Source: an uncultured Actinomycetes bacterium
GTDB taxonomy: Bacteria > Actinomycetota > Thermoleophilia > RBG-16-64-13
Direction: 5' to 3'
Assembly (NCBI GenBank): GCA_903873715.1
Contig: CAIQPS010000142.1
Span: 1,693-65,692, forward strand
Length of the DNA stretch: 64,000 nucleotides
Positions 42,379 through 51,252 of the stretch are shown in pieces; within the stretch, counting starts at the first letter, position 1; the number at the start of each line of letters is the position of its first letter. The position numbers were made by a program, and so were the translations under genes. The notes under the pieces were generated by a model. It made no database searches, was not told the origin of the DNA, and saw nothing but the letters and a program-made list of their open reading frames with translations.

Positions 42379-43097
42379 GCAAGAGAGACCGCCGGGACAA
42401 CGACGGCCGCGACCGCGACCGGCGGGACGACCGTCGCGACCGGGACCGCGACCGCGATCGTGACCGCGACTGGGACGACGACGGGCAGCAGCGCCGCTCC
42501 GGCGACGGCGACGTCCAGGAGAGCGACTCCCTGGCGGCCCTCAAGGCCATCCTCGCCAAGGTGGCGGCCCAACTCAAGCCGCTCAATCTGACGTCCGACG
42601 AATCCATCCGCCTGGTGGAGCAGTTGTACGGCAGCGTCCTCGACGTGGACTCGGCCATGGCCGGCGAAGCGGACGACACCCGCAAGTCTTGGACCCTCGC
42701 CTACCTCCAGAACACCACCATCCGCCGCGACGGCGACAAGATCGCAGTGGACTTCCCCACCGCTGAAGAGCTCCGGGCCGCCCAGGCCCCGCAGGCGGCC
42801 CAAGCCCCCTCGACGGACCAGGGCGCCGCTGCCGCCGGTGCAGAGCACGCTTCCGGCCCTGCCCCATCGCAAGCTCCGGCCCGTCCTGCCCCCGCCGCCC
42901 AGGCTGCTCCGGCTGCCGCTCCCGTGCCGGCCGAAGCTTTCGCCGCCGCCCCCGCTGGGGCGACCCCTGCCGCCGAGTCGGCGGCCGAACCTGCCGCTCC
43001 GCGGGCGCCCCGCCCGCCCAGGCCCCGTCAGCCTCGCAAAGAGCCGGCCCAGGAAGCTCCGGCCGCAGCCCCTGCGCCGGAGGCCCCGGAAGCCTGA
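42375..43097 (+). CDS. Hypothetical protein: Arg/Asp-repeat N-terminus, small helical core, Ala/Pro-rich tail
   Basis: ATG overlaps the epimerase TGA (ATGA); SD GGGAG; GC3-rich codons; followed by a hairpin. Confidence 0.75.
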   Translation: MSKRDRRDNDGRDRDRRDDRRDRDRDRDRDRDWDDDGQQRRSGDGDVQESDSLAALKAILAKVAAQLKPLNLTSDESIRLVEQLYGSVLDVDSAMAGEADDTRKSWTLAYLQNTTIRRDGDKIAVDFPTAEELRAAQAPQAAQAPSTDQGAAAAGAEHASGPAPSQAPARPAPAAQAAPAAAPVPAEAFAAAPAGATPAAESAAEPAAPRAPRPPRPRQPRKEPAQEAPAAAPAPEAPEA

Positions 43098-43121
43098 CGC
43101 ACCTCACATCACCGTGAAGAC

Positions 43122-43157
43122 ACACCGGCCGCCCCTAGGGGCGGCCGGTGTCGTTTT
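43122..43157. terminator. Perfect 30-bp inverted repeat between convergent genes (terminator)
   Basis: ACACCGGCCGCCCC-TA-GGGGCGGCCGGTGT followed by CGTTTT. Confidence 0.8.
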
Positions 43158-43219
43158 GATGGAAAGTCCGGCGGAGTGTCCGCGCGGCGGCGGTGCAGCA
43201 CCGCCAGGCCTCGGCGAGG

Positions 43220-44155
43220 CTAGACCTCGTCGAAGTGCGTCATGCGCTTGAAGAGCCGGAAGCGCTCGTCCACCTCGCGCTGCTCCAGCCGCAGCAGACG
43301 GTCGATACTGAAGTCCTCTACGGCGAAGGACGCCAGCGTGCTCCCGTAGATGATGGCTCGCGCCAGCGACGAGTCGTGGGTGTTCCCGCAGGCGGCCAGG
43401 TAGCCAACGAATCCGCCGGCGAAGGTGTCCCCAGCGCCCGTCGGGTCGAAGACTTCCTCGAGCGGCAACGCGGGCGCCGTGAAGAACTCCCCGTCCCGCG
43501 ACGTGGTCGTCAGGACCCCGTGTTCCCCGCGCTTGATCACGACCGTCGCCGGGCCCATGGCCCGCAGAGTCCGCGCCGCTTTCACGAGGTTCGATTCCCG
43601 GGACAACTCGCGGGCCTCGGAGTCGTTGATGATGAGGATGTCGATCCGCTCGAGCACCTTGGCCAGGTCGTCCGGGGTGTTCTCGATCCAAAGGTTCATC
43701 GTGTCGGCCGCGACCAGTTTCGGTGATTCGACCTGGTCGAGCACGTCGAGTTGCAGCTTCGGGTGGATGTTGCCCAGGAAGACGAAGGGCGACGTGCGCC
43801 ACTCCTCCGATATCACCGGCTGGAAGTCCTCGAAGACGTTCAGCTTGGTGTAGATGGTCTCGCGCTGGTTGAGGTCGAACCCGTAGACGCCCTTCCAGCG
43901 GAACGTCTCGCCCGGCATCACTTGAAGGCCTGAGGTGTCGATGGACCGCCCGCCGAACACCTCGGCGCCCCGTTCGGCGAAGTCCTCGCCGACGACCGCC
44001 ACCAGCCGGACGTCCGTGAAGAAGGACGCGGCCAGCGAGAAGTACGTGGCCGAGCCGCCGACCACCCTGTTCGCCTCACCGAACGGGTTCTTGATGGAAT
44101 CGAAAGCTACCGAACCGACCGCGAGGATCGGGCTCTTGCCGTGTGCGTCGACCAT
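43220..44155 (-). CDS. PfkB/ribokinase-family sugar or nucleoside kinase
   Basis: GSVAFD, GGSATY, NDSEA, KRGEHG, DPTGAGDTFAGG. Confidence 0.92.
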   Translation of the reverse strand: MVDAHGKSPILAVGSVAFDSIKNPFGEANRVVGGSATYFSLAASFFTDVRLVAVVGEDFAERGAEVFGGRSIDTSGLQVMPGETFRWKGVYGFDLNQRETIYTKLNVFEDFQPVISEEWRTSPFVFLGNIHPKLQLDVLDQVESPKLVAADTMNLWIENTPDDLAKVLERIDILIINDSEARELSRESNLVKAARTLRAMGPATVVIKRGEHGVLTTTSRDGEFFTAPALPLEEVFDPTGAGDTFAGGFVGYLAACGNTHDSSLARAIIYGSTLASFAVEDFSIDRLLRLEQREVDERFRLFKRMTHFDEV

Positions 44156-44159
44156 GTCT

Positions 44160-45023
<864 letters not shown>

Positions 45024-45092
45024 GCCTCTCCTTTACAGACGTTGCCCTCTGCGACCCGCCGCCGTGGGACGGCCGGGCGGCGCCAGTGAGAC

Positions 45093-45101
45093 AGCGTACC
45101 A
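45093..45101 (-). promoter_or_regulatory. Extended -10 (TGG-TACGCT) for mtnP-pfkB
   Basis: TGn-TAnnnT about 70 nt upstream of mtnP. Confidence 0.5.
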
Positions 45102-45191
45102 CGGCCCGCCGCGGCGACCGGGCGGCCCAGCCCGCAACGTCCGGTCCCAGTGTCGACGCGGAGACTCGGTCGCGGCGCTCGACGCGGGGCC

Positions 45192-45560
45192 TCAGTCCCG
45201 GCCGCCGCCTCCGAGCGCGGCCACGTAGGCCATCTGTAATTGCGAAAGAGCGGCGCGGTGCGCGGCCATCTCGTCAGGCGAACGCTTGCCTTCGAGCACG
45301 CCCACCAAAGCCCGGAACGCGTCGATCGCCATACTCGCCTGCGCCAGGTCCTTGCGGGCCTCCGTGTCCGGGGTCAGGCCCATCCTCTCGATGGCCAGCG
45401 ACGAAAGCGAGTGGAGCATGAGCATCACGTGGTCGGCGACCGTCAGGTTGCGGATCTCTTCCTCGAACCGCCGCATGGTCTCCTGGTCCGGCATCCCTTC
45501 CGGCGCGACCTCCGCCGCGGTATCGACCGCGTCGCCGTCGATGCGTTCGTCTTCAGACAT
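45192..45560 (-). CDS. DUF1844-like hypothetical protein
   Basis: DLAQASMAIDA…LSQLQMAYV pattern; SD GGAGGG. Confidence 0.7.
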   Translation of the reverse strand: MSEDERIDGDAVDTAAEVAPEGMPDQETMRRFEEEIRNLTVADHVMLMLHSLSSLAIERMGLTPDTEARKDLAQASMAIDAFRALVGVLEGKRSPDEMAAHRAALSQLQMAYVAALGGGGRD

Positions 45561-45737
45561 GTGCCCTCCCTTCTCCATCAGCGCCCTTCCTGGGACTCCG
45601 GGAATGAGGGAACAGGATACATCCTCCCCGCATAACGCCACAATCGCGTGGCGGACGACACTTCTGACTCCGCCAGTCGACCCTGTTAGAATGTGAAGCG
45701 CCTTGGAGGATGTGGAGCCCAAAGGAGCACACAAGGC

Positions 45738-46391
45738 TTGAGCCTTAGCCCGCAGGTCCGCGACGCGGACACCCATCTGATCGAAAGAGCCCGTTCCGGC
45801 GATACGGAAGCCGTGACGGAACTCTACCGGCGGCACGAGCGCAGGGCCTACAACCTCGCGCTCCGCACGCTCGGCAACCCCTGGGATGCGGCCGATGTCG
45901 CGCAGGAGGCCTTCATCAAGGCCTTCCGCAACCTGGACTCCTTCAAAGGTGACGCCCGCTTCTCCACCTGGCTCCATCGCATCGTGGTCAATGCGGCTTA
46001 CGACCATCTACGCAGGCATCGCCCCGAGCCGATGGACGGCGAGATCCTCGAAGAGGTCTCCGGGCCAGGCGGCACCGGCGCCGTGGTGGGCTCTGGCAGG
46101 GAGGGCATAGACCCGGCCATAGACGGACTCTCCGACCCCTTGCGGGATGCGCTCATGAGCCTGAGCGAAGGCTTCCGCTTCGCGGTGGTGCTGTGCGACC
46201 TGCTCGGCTTCCCGTACGACGAAGCCGCCGAGATCCTCGGGGTGCAGGAGGGGACCATCAAGTCCCGGATCTTCCGGGCTCGAGAGGCGCTGGCCGAGGC
46301 GCTCGTCAAAGCAGGCTACGAGGTCCCGGGCGTGCGGAACCCGGGTACGGCCGGGGGCGTCACACGGCCGGGTACACCAGGGGAACGTTGA
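45738..46391 (+). CDS. ECF RNA polymerase sigma factor
   Basis: DAADVAQEAF, FSTWLHRIVVN, YDEAAEILG…GTIKSRIFRAR; TTG after AAGGAG; TGT-TAGAAT -10 at 45684-45692. Confidence 0.92.
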   Translation: MSLSPQVRDADTHLIERARSGDTEAVTELYRRHERRAYNLALRTLGNPWDAADVAQEAFIKAFRNLDSFKGDARFSTWLHRIVVNAAYDHLRRHRPEPMDGEILEEVSGPGGTGAVVGSGREGIDPAIDGLSDPLRDALMSLSEGFRFAVVLCDLLGFPYDEAAEILGVQEGTIKSRIFRAREALAEALVKAGYEVPGVRNPGTAGGVTRPGTPGER

Positions 46392-46393
46392 GG

Positions 46394-47638
46394 ATGATGA
46401 TCAGGGGCGACCAACACGTAGACGATTGGGCCGAGATAGCGGTCGACTATCTCGACGGGCAGCTCGACCACGACACAAGGATCATGGTCGAGACCCATCT
46501 GGCCGAGTGCCCGGAGTGCGCCGCCCGGTTGCGCAGGCAGCAGTACGTCGTCTCCGTGCTTCAAGAGACCGCCCTCGACGACCCGCCGGAAGACCTCGAA
46601 TACCGCGCCATCGGGGAATTGGTCTTCCCCTCCCCGGGCGGCCGGCCGGTCGCCCAGCCCGCTGAAGCGAAGCGCCTCTACCGCACGCCGCGCTGGTATC
46701 GCACGGTGCGCGCGTGGATCCCGGCCACAGTCGCCGTGTGCGCGTTGCTCGCCGCGGTCGTGGGGTATGGCATAGCCAAGTCGAACTCCGACGCGAACCT
46801 GGCGACCGACTCCGCCAGGACGGGCGGCACCGCCGCCGCGGCCACCACAGCTGCGCCGTCCGCTCTCAGTGAAGCAGCGGGCACAGGCTCCCCCCAGGAT
46901 ATGACCACCGCCGCTCCGGCCACCACGACGACCGCCGGGGCCTCCACTCTGGCCGGGGCTCAGCCCAACGTCACCTTCGTGGTCACGCAGGATCCCAAGG
47001 CGATGATCCGTGCGCTCAACGACGCGGAGACCCCCGTATACGTGGCCTTCCACGCCCCCATCGACACGACCGGCGGCGAGCCGGCGACCGGCACCACAGC
47101 GGCCGGTTCGGAGACCACCGCGCCACCGAGCGGTACAGACACCACTACCGCGGCCAAGACAGACTCCACCGCTGACGGGGGCACCGGGACCACCGGCCCC
47201 GTGGACGGCGGCGACATCACCAAAGCCACCCTGTCGTCCGATCAGGCCACAGCCCTCGCGGACGCCATCAAGCAGTTCACCGGCCTAGACCCGCTCGACA
47301 GGACCCTCTGGATCAGCGGGCCTACGTACGCGGTCTTCCTGCCCCGCAAGGACGCCGACGATCTCGTCGATCTGGTCCGCTCCATCAGCTCCACCTACGG
47401 CCTGTCCGTGACGCTTGAGGGGGGCCCGCCGGCGCAGGCTCAGGATGTCTCCGCGCGGCTGCTTGACCAGAAGAAGATGTTCCCCGTGCTGGAGGCCAAC
47501 CGCGCGCTGCAGCCTTCCACCTGGAACTACGACTTCACCACCTCGACACTCGCTCCTCCGGGGCAATCGGAGAGCCTCGGGTCCACCCCGGACGCCGACG
47601 GATCGCACGTGGTGCTGATCATCTGGATCTCCGAATAG
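46394..47638 (+). CDS. Zinc-binding (ZAS/zf-HC2) transmembrane anti-sigma factor
   Basis: DYLDGQL…HLAECPEC (HxxxCxxC), one TM helix, Thr/Ala-rich exported region; directly follows the ECF gene. Confidence 0.85.
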   Translation: MMIRGDQHVDDWAEIAVDYLDGQLDHDTRIMVETHLAECPECAARLRRQQYVVSVLQETALDDPPEDLEYRAIGELVFPSPGGRPVAQPAEAKRLYRTPRWYRTVRAWIPATVAVCALLAAVVGYGIAKSNSDANLATDSARTGGTAAAATTAAPSALSEAAGTGSPQDMTTAAPATTTTAGASTLAGAQPNVTFVVTQDPKAMIRALNDAETPVYVAFHAPIDTTGGEPATGTTAAGSETTAPPSGTDTTTAAKTDSTADGGTGTTGPVDGGDITKATLSSDQATALADAIKQFTGLDPLDRTLWISGPTYAVFLPRKDADDLVDLVRSISSTYGLSVTLEGGPPAQAQDVSARLLDQKKMFPVLEANRALQPSTWNYDFTTSTLAPPGQSESLGSTPDADGSHVVLIIWISE

Positions 47639-47648
47639 GGCCTGAAAC

Positions 47649-47680
47649 GAGAAAAGAGCCTGCGTCTCGCAGACTCTCTC
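47649..47680 (-). terminator. Intrinsic terminator after tRNA-Pro (possibly bidirectional)
   Basis: AGAGTCTGCG-AGA-CGCAGGCTCT followed by TTTC on the minus strand. Confidence 0.75.
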
Positions 47681-47689
47681 CGTCTTGAA

Positions 47690-47766
47690 TGGTCGGGGTG
47701 CCGGGATTTGAACCCGGGACCTCATCGTCCCGAACGATGCGCGCTACCAGGCTGCGCTACACCCCG
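47690..47766 (-). tRNA. tRNA-Pro (CGG)
   Basis: CGGGGTGTAGCGCAGCCTGGTAGCGC…TT-CGG-GA…GGTTCAAATCC…CCCCGACCA; CCA encoded; TGG-TAGAAT -10 at 47798-47806. Confidence 0.96.
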
Positions 47767-47795
47767 CCGCGTGGGGTGACCCCCTCGCCGGTCGC

Positions 47796-50700
47796 CTATT
47801 CTACCACCAGTCGGCGGCCGTTCACGGTGTCGCAGACATTTTTAATGCCACAACTCGCGCATCCGGGGCCGAACTGCGGGTGGAAGTCTCCCGCCTCGAG
47901 ACCTGAGAGGGCATGTTCCAGCCGTTTTTCGAGCCCGGCAAGGTCCCCCCTCCCATAGTCGAAACCCACCGGTTCGTCCGGTCGCTCCAGAAACAGGAAC
48001 TCCATGCGCACCGCGGATGCCCCCGCCTTGAGGGCTGCCAGACAGTACATCGCGGCCTGCAGGTGGTACGTGGCGGCGGCCTCCTCCGGAGAGCGGCCGT
48101 TCAGAGCGTTCGACTTGTAGTCGGCTATCAGCCAGCGTTCGTCGCTGCGGACGAGCAGGTCGATGACGCCGTTGACGGCGACTCCCCCGTGCACGAAGAA
48201 GAAGGGTGTCTCCTTGGACGCTTGGGCCAGACCGGTCGCGCGGGCCGCATCGGAGGTCCAGAAGGCGGCGGTGAGCGCTGCCGCCCGATCGACCACGCGA
48301 CTCCCTGCCGCCAACCCCTGCTCCCGGGCGATCTCCTGGGCCAGCGCCTTGAGGCCGGCGCCCTCGGGCTCGGGACCGGCAAGATCCAGCCGCCGCAGCA
48401 GGGTATGGACGAGCAGGCCCACCTCGATGCCGCTGTGCAGTTCGTCCCCATCCAGGAGGCCGTCGGCTGCCGGCTCCCCATCGTCCGCCGCACCGTCACC
48501 GTCGGTGGGGAACCCGAGTGCCCGCGCCGGTAGCTCCGGGCCGAGCCCGAGGACCCGCTCCAGGTAGAAGCGTTGCGGGCAGCGATCGTAGGCCGACAGC
48601 GCCGAGAAGCTGACCTGCCGGGCGGCGGGCGGCGAACTCGGGACGTCCAAGAGACACGGGGATGCAGCCACCCTTGCCCGCTCGGACGGCCCGGCGGAGG
48701 CCACGGCCCCGTCATCCGGCCTGCATGCGGCCACGCCCTTGACCACGGCGTGGATATCCTCCAACGGCACCACCTCTCCGGGGAGCGGCGGATGATCCAA
48801 GCCGAGCGCGGTCACGATCGTACCGATACGGGCGGCGTCCGGGTCGTCCTTGGCCTTACGGGAACCGACCAGGACCAACTGGTCCCGAGCCCGGGTCATG
48901 GCCACGTAGAGCAATCGGATGTCCTCGTCTTCGGCGCGACGCTGCTGGTCGGCGATGATGGCTTCGACCGGCCCCCATCCCGGCCTATCCGGGTCGCTCT
49001 TGTCGACGCGCAGCCGCGCTGCCATGGTCCCGTCGCTGCCCACGAGGATCTCGGGAGCCTTGTACGGGTTCGGATCCTTGTGCAGCCCCGCCAAGATGAC
49101 CACGTTGAACTCGAGACCCTTGGCTTGGTGTACCGTCATGATGCGCACCACGTTCTCGCCCTCGGCCAGGCTGGGAGCATTGCCTTCGTCGTCCCCCATG
49201 TCGCTGAGCGACCCGATGAGGGTCACGAAGCCCTTCAGATCGGGGCCTTCGAGGTCCTCGTACTCGGCAGCCATCCTCATGAGCTTGCGCACGTTGGCGA
49301 ACCGGCGCTTGCCGTGCGGCGCCGCAAGCAGGCAGAGATCGTAGTCGCAGGCGGTGACGGCATCGTCGATGAGGCGGGACAGCCCGGGGCGTCCGATCCG
49401 CAACCTCAACCTGTCGAGCCGGTCCTGGAGGCCCTGCAGGCGGGACTCGTCCGCCGTCTCCAACATGCCTGCGAGCGCCCCGTCGCGGACTACGTCCCAC
49501 AATGAGAGCGCGCGGCGGCCGCGCGCGGCGCGGCCGATCTGGTAGAGGCAATCGTCGCTCACCTCCACCAACGGCGACCGAAGGACCGTGAGCAGCGCCA
49601 GGTCGTCGTGCGGGTTGAGCAGCAAGCGGAGCAGGGCCAGGATGTCGGCGATCTCGTCCTGCGAGTAGTAGCCCTTGCCCCGAACCACGTACACCTCGAG
49701 CCCGCGTGCCTGCAGGGCATCCTGGTACTCGTTGACCTGAGTGAGTTGCGGCAGAAGCACCACTATGTCCTGCTTGCTCCAACCACGCTCGTCGACGAGC
49801 CGGCGAGCCGTGTCGGCTACGACATAGGCCTCGGCTTGCTGCTTGGTCAAGAACCCTTCTTCGCCGTCGGGCGCCGCCCGGTCCACCACCAGTATCTCCG
49901 TGGGGCCGGCCGTGCCGCGCGGTTCGTCGCCCGCGGAGCACCCGCCATCCCGCCCGGCCTGCAGCGGGCCGAAGCGGTCCGCGAAGAGAGAGGGCCTGCC
50001 GAACAGGTGGTTGACGAACGCTATCAGTTCGGGACGGCTCCGATAGTTGGTGTCCAACCGGTGCTGCGCGATCCCCCCATCTTCCATGCGCCGCATGAAC
50101 ACCCCGACGTCCGCCCCCCTGAAGCTGTAGATGCTCTGCCGGGCGTCCCCGACCATCAGCTGCTTCTCCGGGCGAAGTCCGTCGATGATGGCGCATTGCA
50201 GTTCGTTGGTGTCCTGGAACTCGTCCACCAGGATGTGCGATGCGATGACCGGGCCCCTCGCTCCTCGGGAGTCGTCCAGCATGAGCTTGGCCCTGACCTC
50301 CAAGTCCGAGAAGTCGAGGACCCCGCGAGCCTGCTTGTGCGATTCGTACAGCTCGTGGAAGACGCTCAGCAACTTGTTGACGACGTCCACCAGCCTGCCA
50401 AGCTCGGTCTGCGCCAGGGTCTGCCGGTAGCGGATGAGCGCGCCTTCCACAGGCTCCAGGTAGGGCTTGGCACTCGGTGTGGACCGGGAAGGGAAGAACT
50501 CTGAAGTCTCGGCCACCCGGCAGTGAGCATCCCCTTCGCGTTCGACCTGCTCGAGCCACAGGCGGCATCTGTTCAGCCGGTCCAGGCTCTTCCGCAGATC
50601 GGACCCTATCTTGGGAACGGCGTTGCCCTGAGCCAGAGCGTGGTCGCAGGCCTCCACGAGCGCTTGCCGGGCGCCGGGATCGGATGGCGCGGCGGTGATC

Positions 50701-51245
50701 TGCACTTCCGGGGACTGGCGGCCAAGGCCGCGCAGCCGGTCGTAGAGCGGCAGCACCAAGTCCTCCATGCCGTCACCCCGGGAGGCCAGCACCTGCAGGT
50801 CCTCCTCCGAAGCCTGTTCGACCACCTTGGCCCACGCTTGGCGCCAGACCTCCTTCTTGATGAGCTGCTCGGCATCGGCCTCGAGCACGCCGAAAGAGGG
50901 GTCGACGCCTGCCTTGAGGGCCTCCGCCGCGAGGAGGCGCCGGCACAGGCCGTGGATCGTGCCGATCGCCGCTACATCGAGCGACCGGGCGAGCTCCGGC
51001 TGCCCGAATCGCACCAACTCCTTGCGGATGCGCTCCGCCAGCTCCGACCCGGCTTTGCGCGTGAACGTGACCGCCGCAAGGTCCTCGAGCTTGAGTCCCA
51101 GGTCGAGAAGGCAGTGCACGAAGTAGGCGACGAGCAGCTTGGTCTTCCCGCTGCCTGCGCCCGCGGCGACGAGAGCCCGGGGGGCCTGCTCGAACAGCAC
51201 CGCGCGCTGCGCGTCGGAAAGGGAGGCTTGATCGCGGTAGTCCAC
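47796..51245 (-). CDS. addA: AddA-type SF1 helicase with C-terminal PD-(D/E)XK nuclease
   Basis: [58 protein letters not shown]…DYKS…QAAMY. Confidence 0.88.
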   Translation of the reverse strand: MDYRDQASLSDAQRAVLFEQAPRALVAAGAGSGKTKLLVAYFVHCLLDLGLKLEDLAAVTFTRKAGSELAERIRKELVRFGQPELARSLDVAAIGTIHGLCRRLLAAEALKAGVDPSFGVLEADAEQLIKKEVWRQAWAKVVEQASEEDLQVLASRGDGMEDLVLPLYDRLRGLGRQSPEVQITAAPSDPGARQALVEACDHALAQGNAVPKIGSDLRKSLDRLNRCRLWLEQVEREGDAHCRVAETSEFFPSRSTPSAKPYLEPVEGALIRYRQTLAQTELGRLVDVVNKLLSVFHELYESHKQARGVLDFSDLEVRAKLMLDDSRGARGPVIASHILVDEFQDTNELQCAIIDGLRPEKQLMVGDARQSIYSFRGADVGVFMRRMEDGGIAQHRLDTNYRSRPELIAFVNHLFGRPSLFADRFGPLQAGRDGGCSAGDEPRGTAGPTEILVVDRAAPDGEEGFLTKQQAEAYVVADTARRLVDERGWSKQDIVVLLPQLTQVNEYQDALQARGLEVYVVRGKGYYSQDEIADILALLRLLLNPHDDLALLTVLRSPLVEVSDDCLYQIGRAARGRRALSLWDVVRDGALAGMLETADESRLQGLQDRLDRLRLRIGRPGLSRLIDDAVTACDYDLCLLAAPHGKRRFANVRKLMRMAAEYEDLEGPDLKGFVTLIGSLSDMGDDEGNAPSLAEGENVVRIMTVHQAKGLEFNVVILAGLHKDPNPYKAPEILVGSDGTMAARLRVDKSDPDRPGWGPVEAIIADQQRRAEDEDIRLLYVAMTRARDQLVLVGSRKAKDDPDAARIGTIVTALGLDHPPLPGEVVPLEDIHAVVKGVAACRPDDGAVASAGPSERARVAASPCLLDVPSSPPAARQVSFSALSAYDRCPQRFYLERVLGLGPELPARALGFPTDGDGAADDGEPAADGLLDGDELHSGIEVGLLVHTLLRRLDLAGPEPEGAGLKALAQEIAREQGLAAGSRVVDRAAALTAAFWTSDAARATGLAQASKETPFFFVHGGVAVNGVIDLLVRSDERWLIADYKSNALNGRSPEEAAATYHLQAAMYCLAALKAGASAVRMEFLFLERPDEPVGFDYGRGDLAGLEKRLEHALSGLEAGDFHPQFGPGCASCGIKNVCDTVNGRRLVVE

Positions 51246-51252
51246 GGGGACC

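Noticed and set aside
45561..45690. ZTP-riboswitch-like GACTGGCG upstream of DUF1844
   Set aside because: No downstream CGCCTGGGC pseudoknot partner; only short generic hairpins
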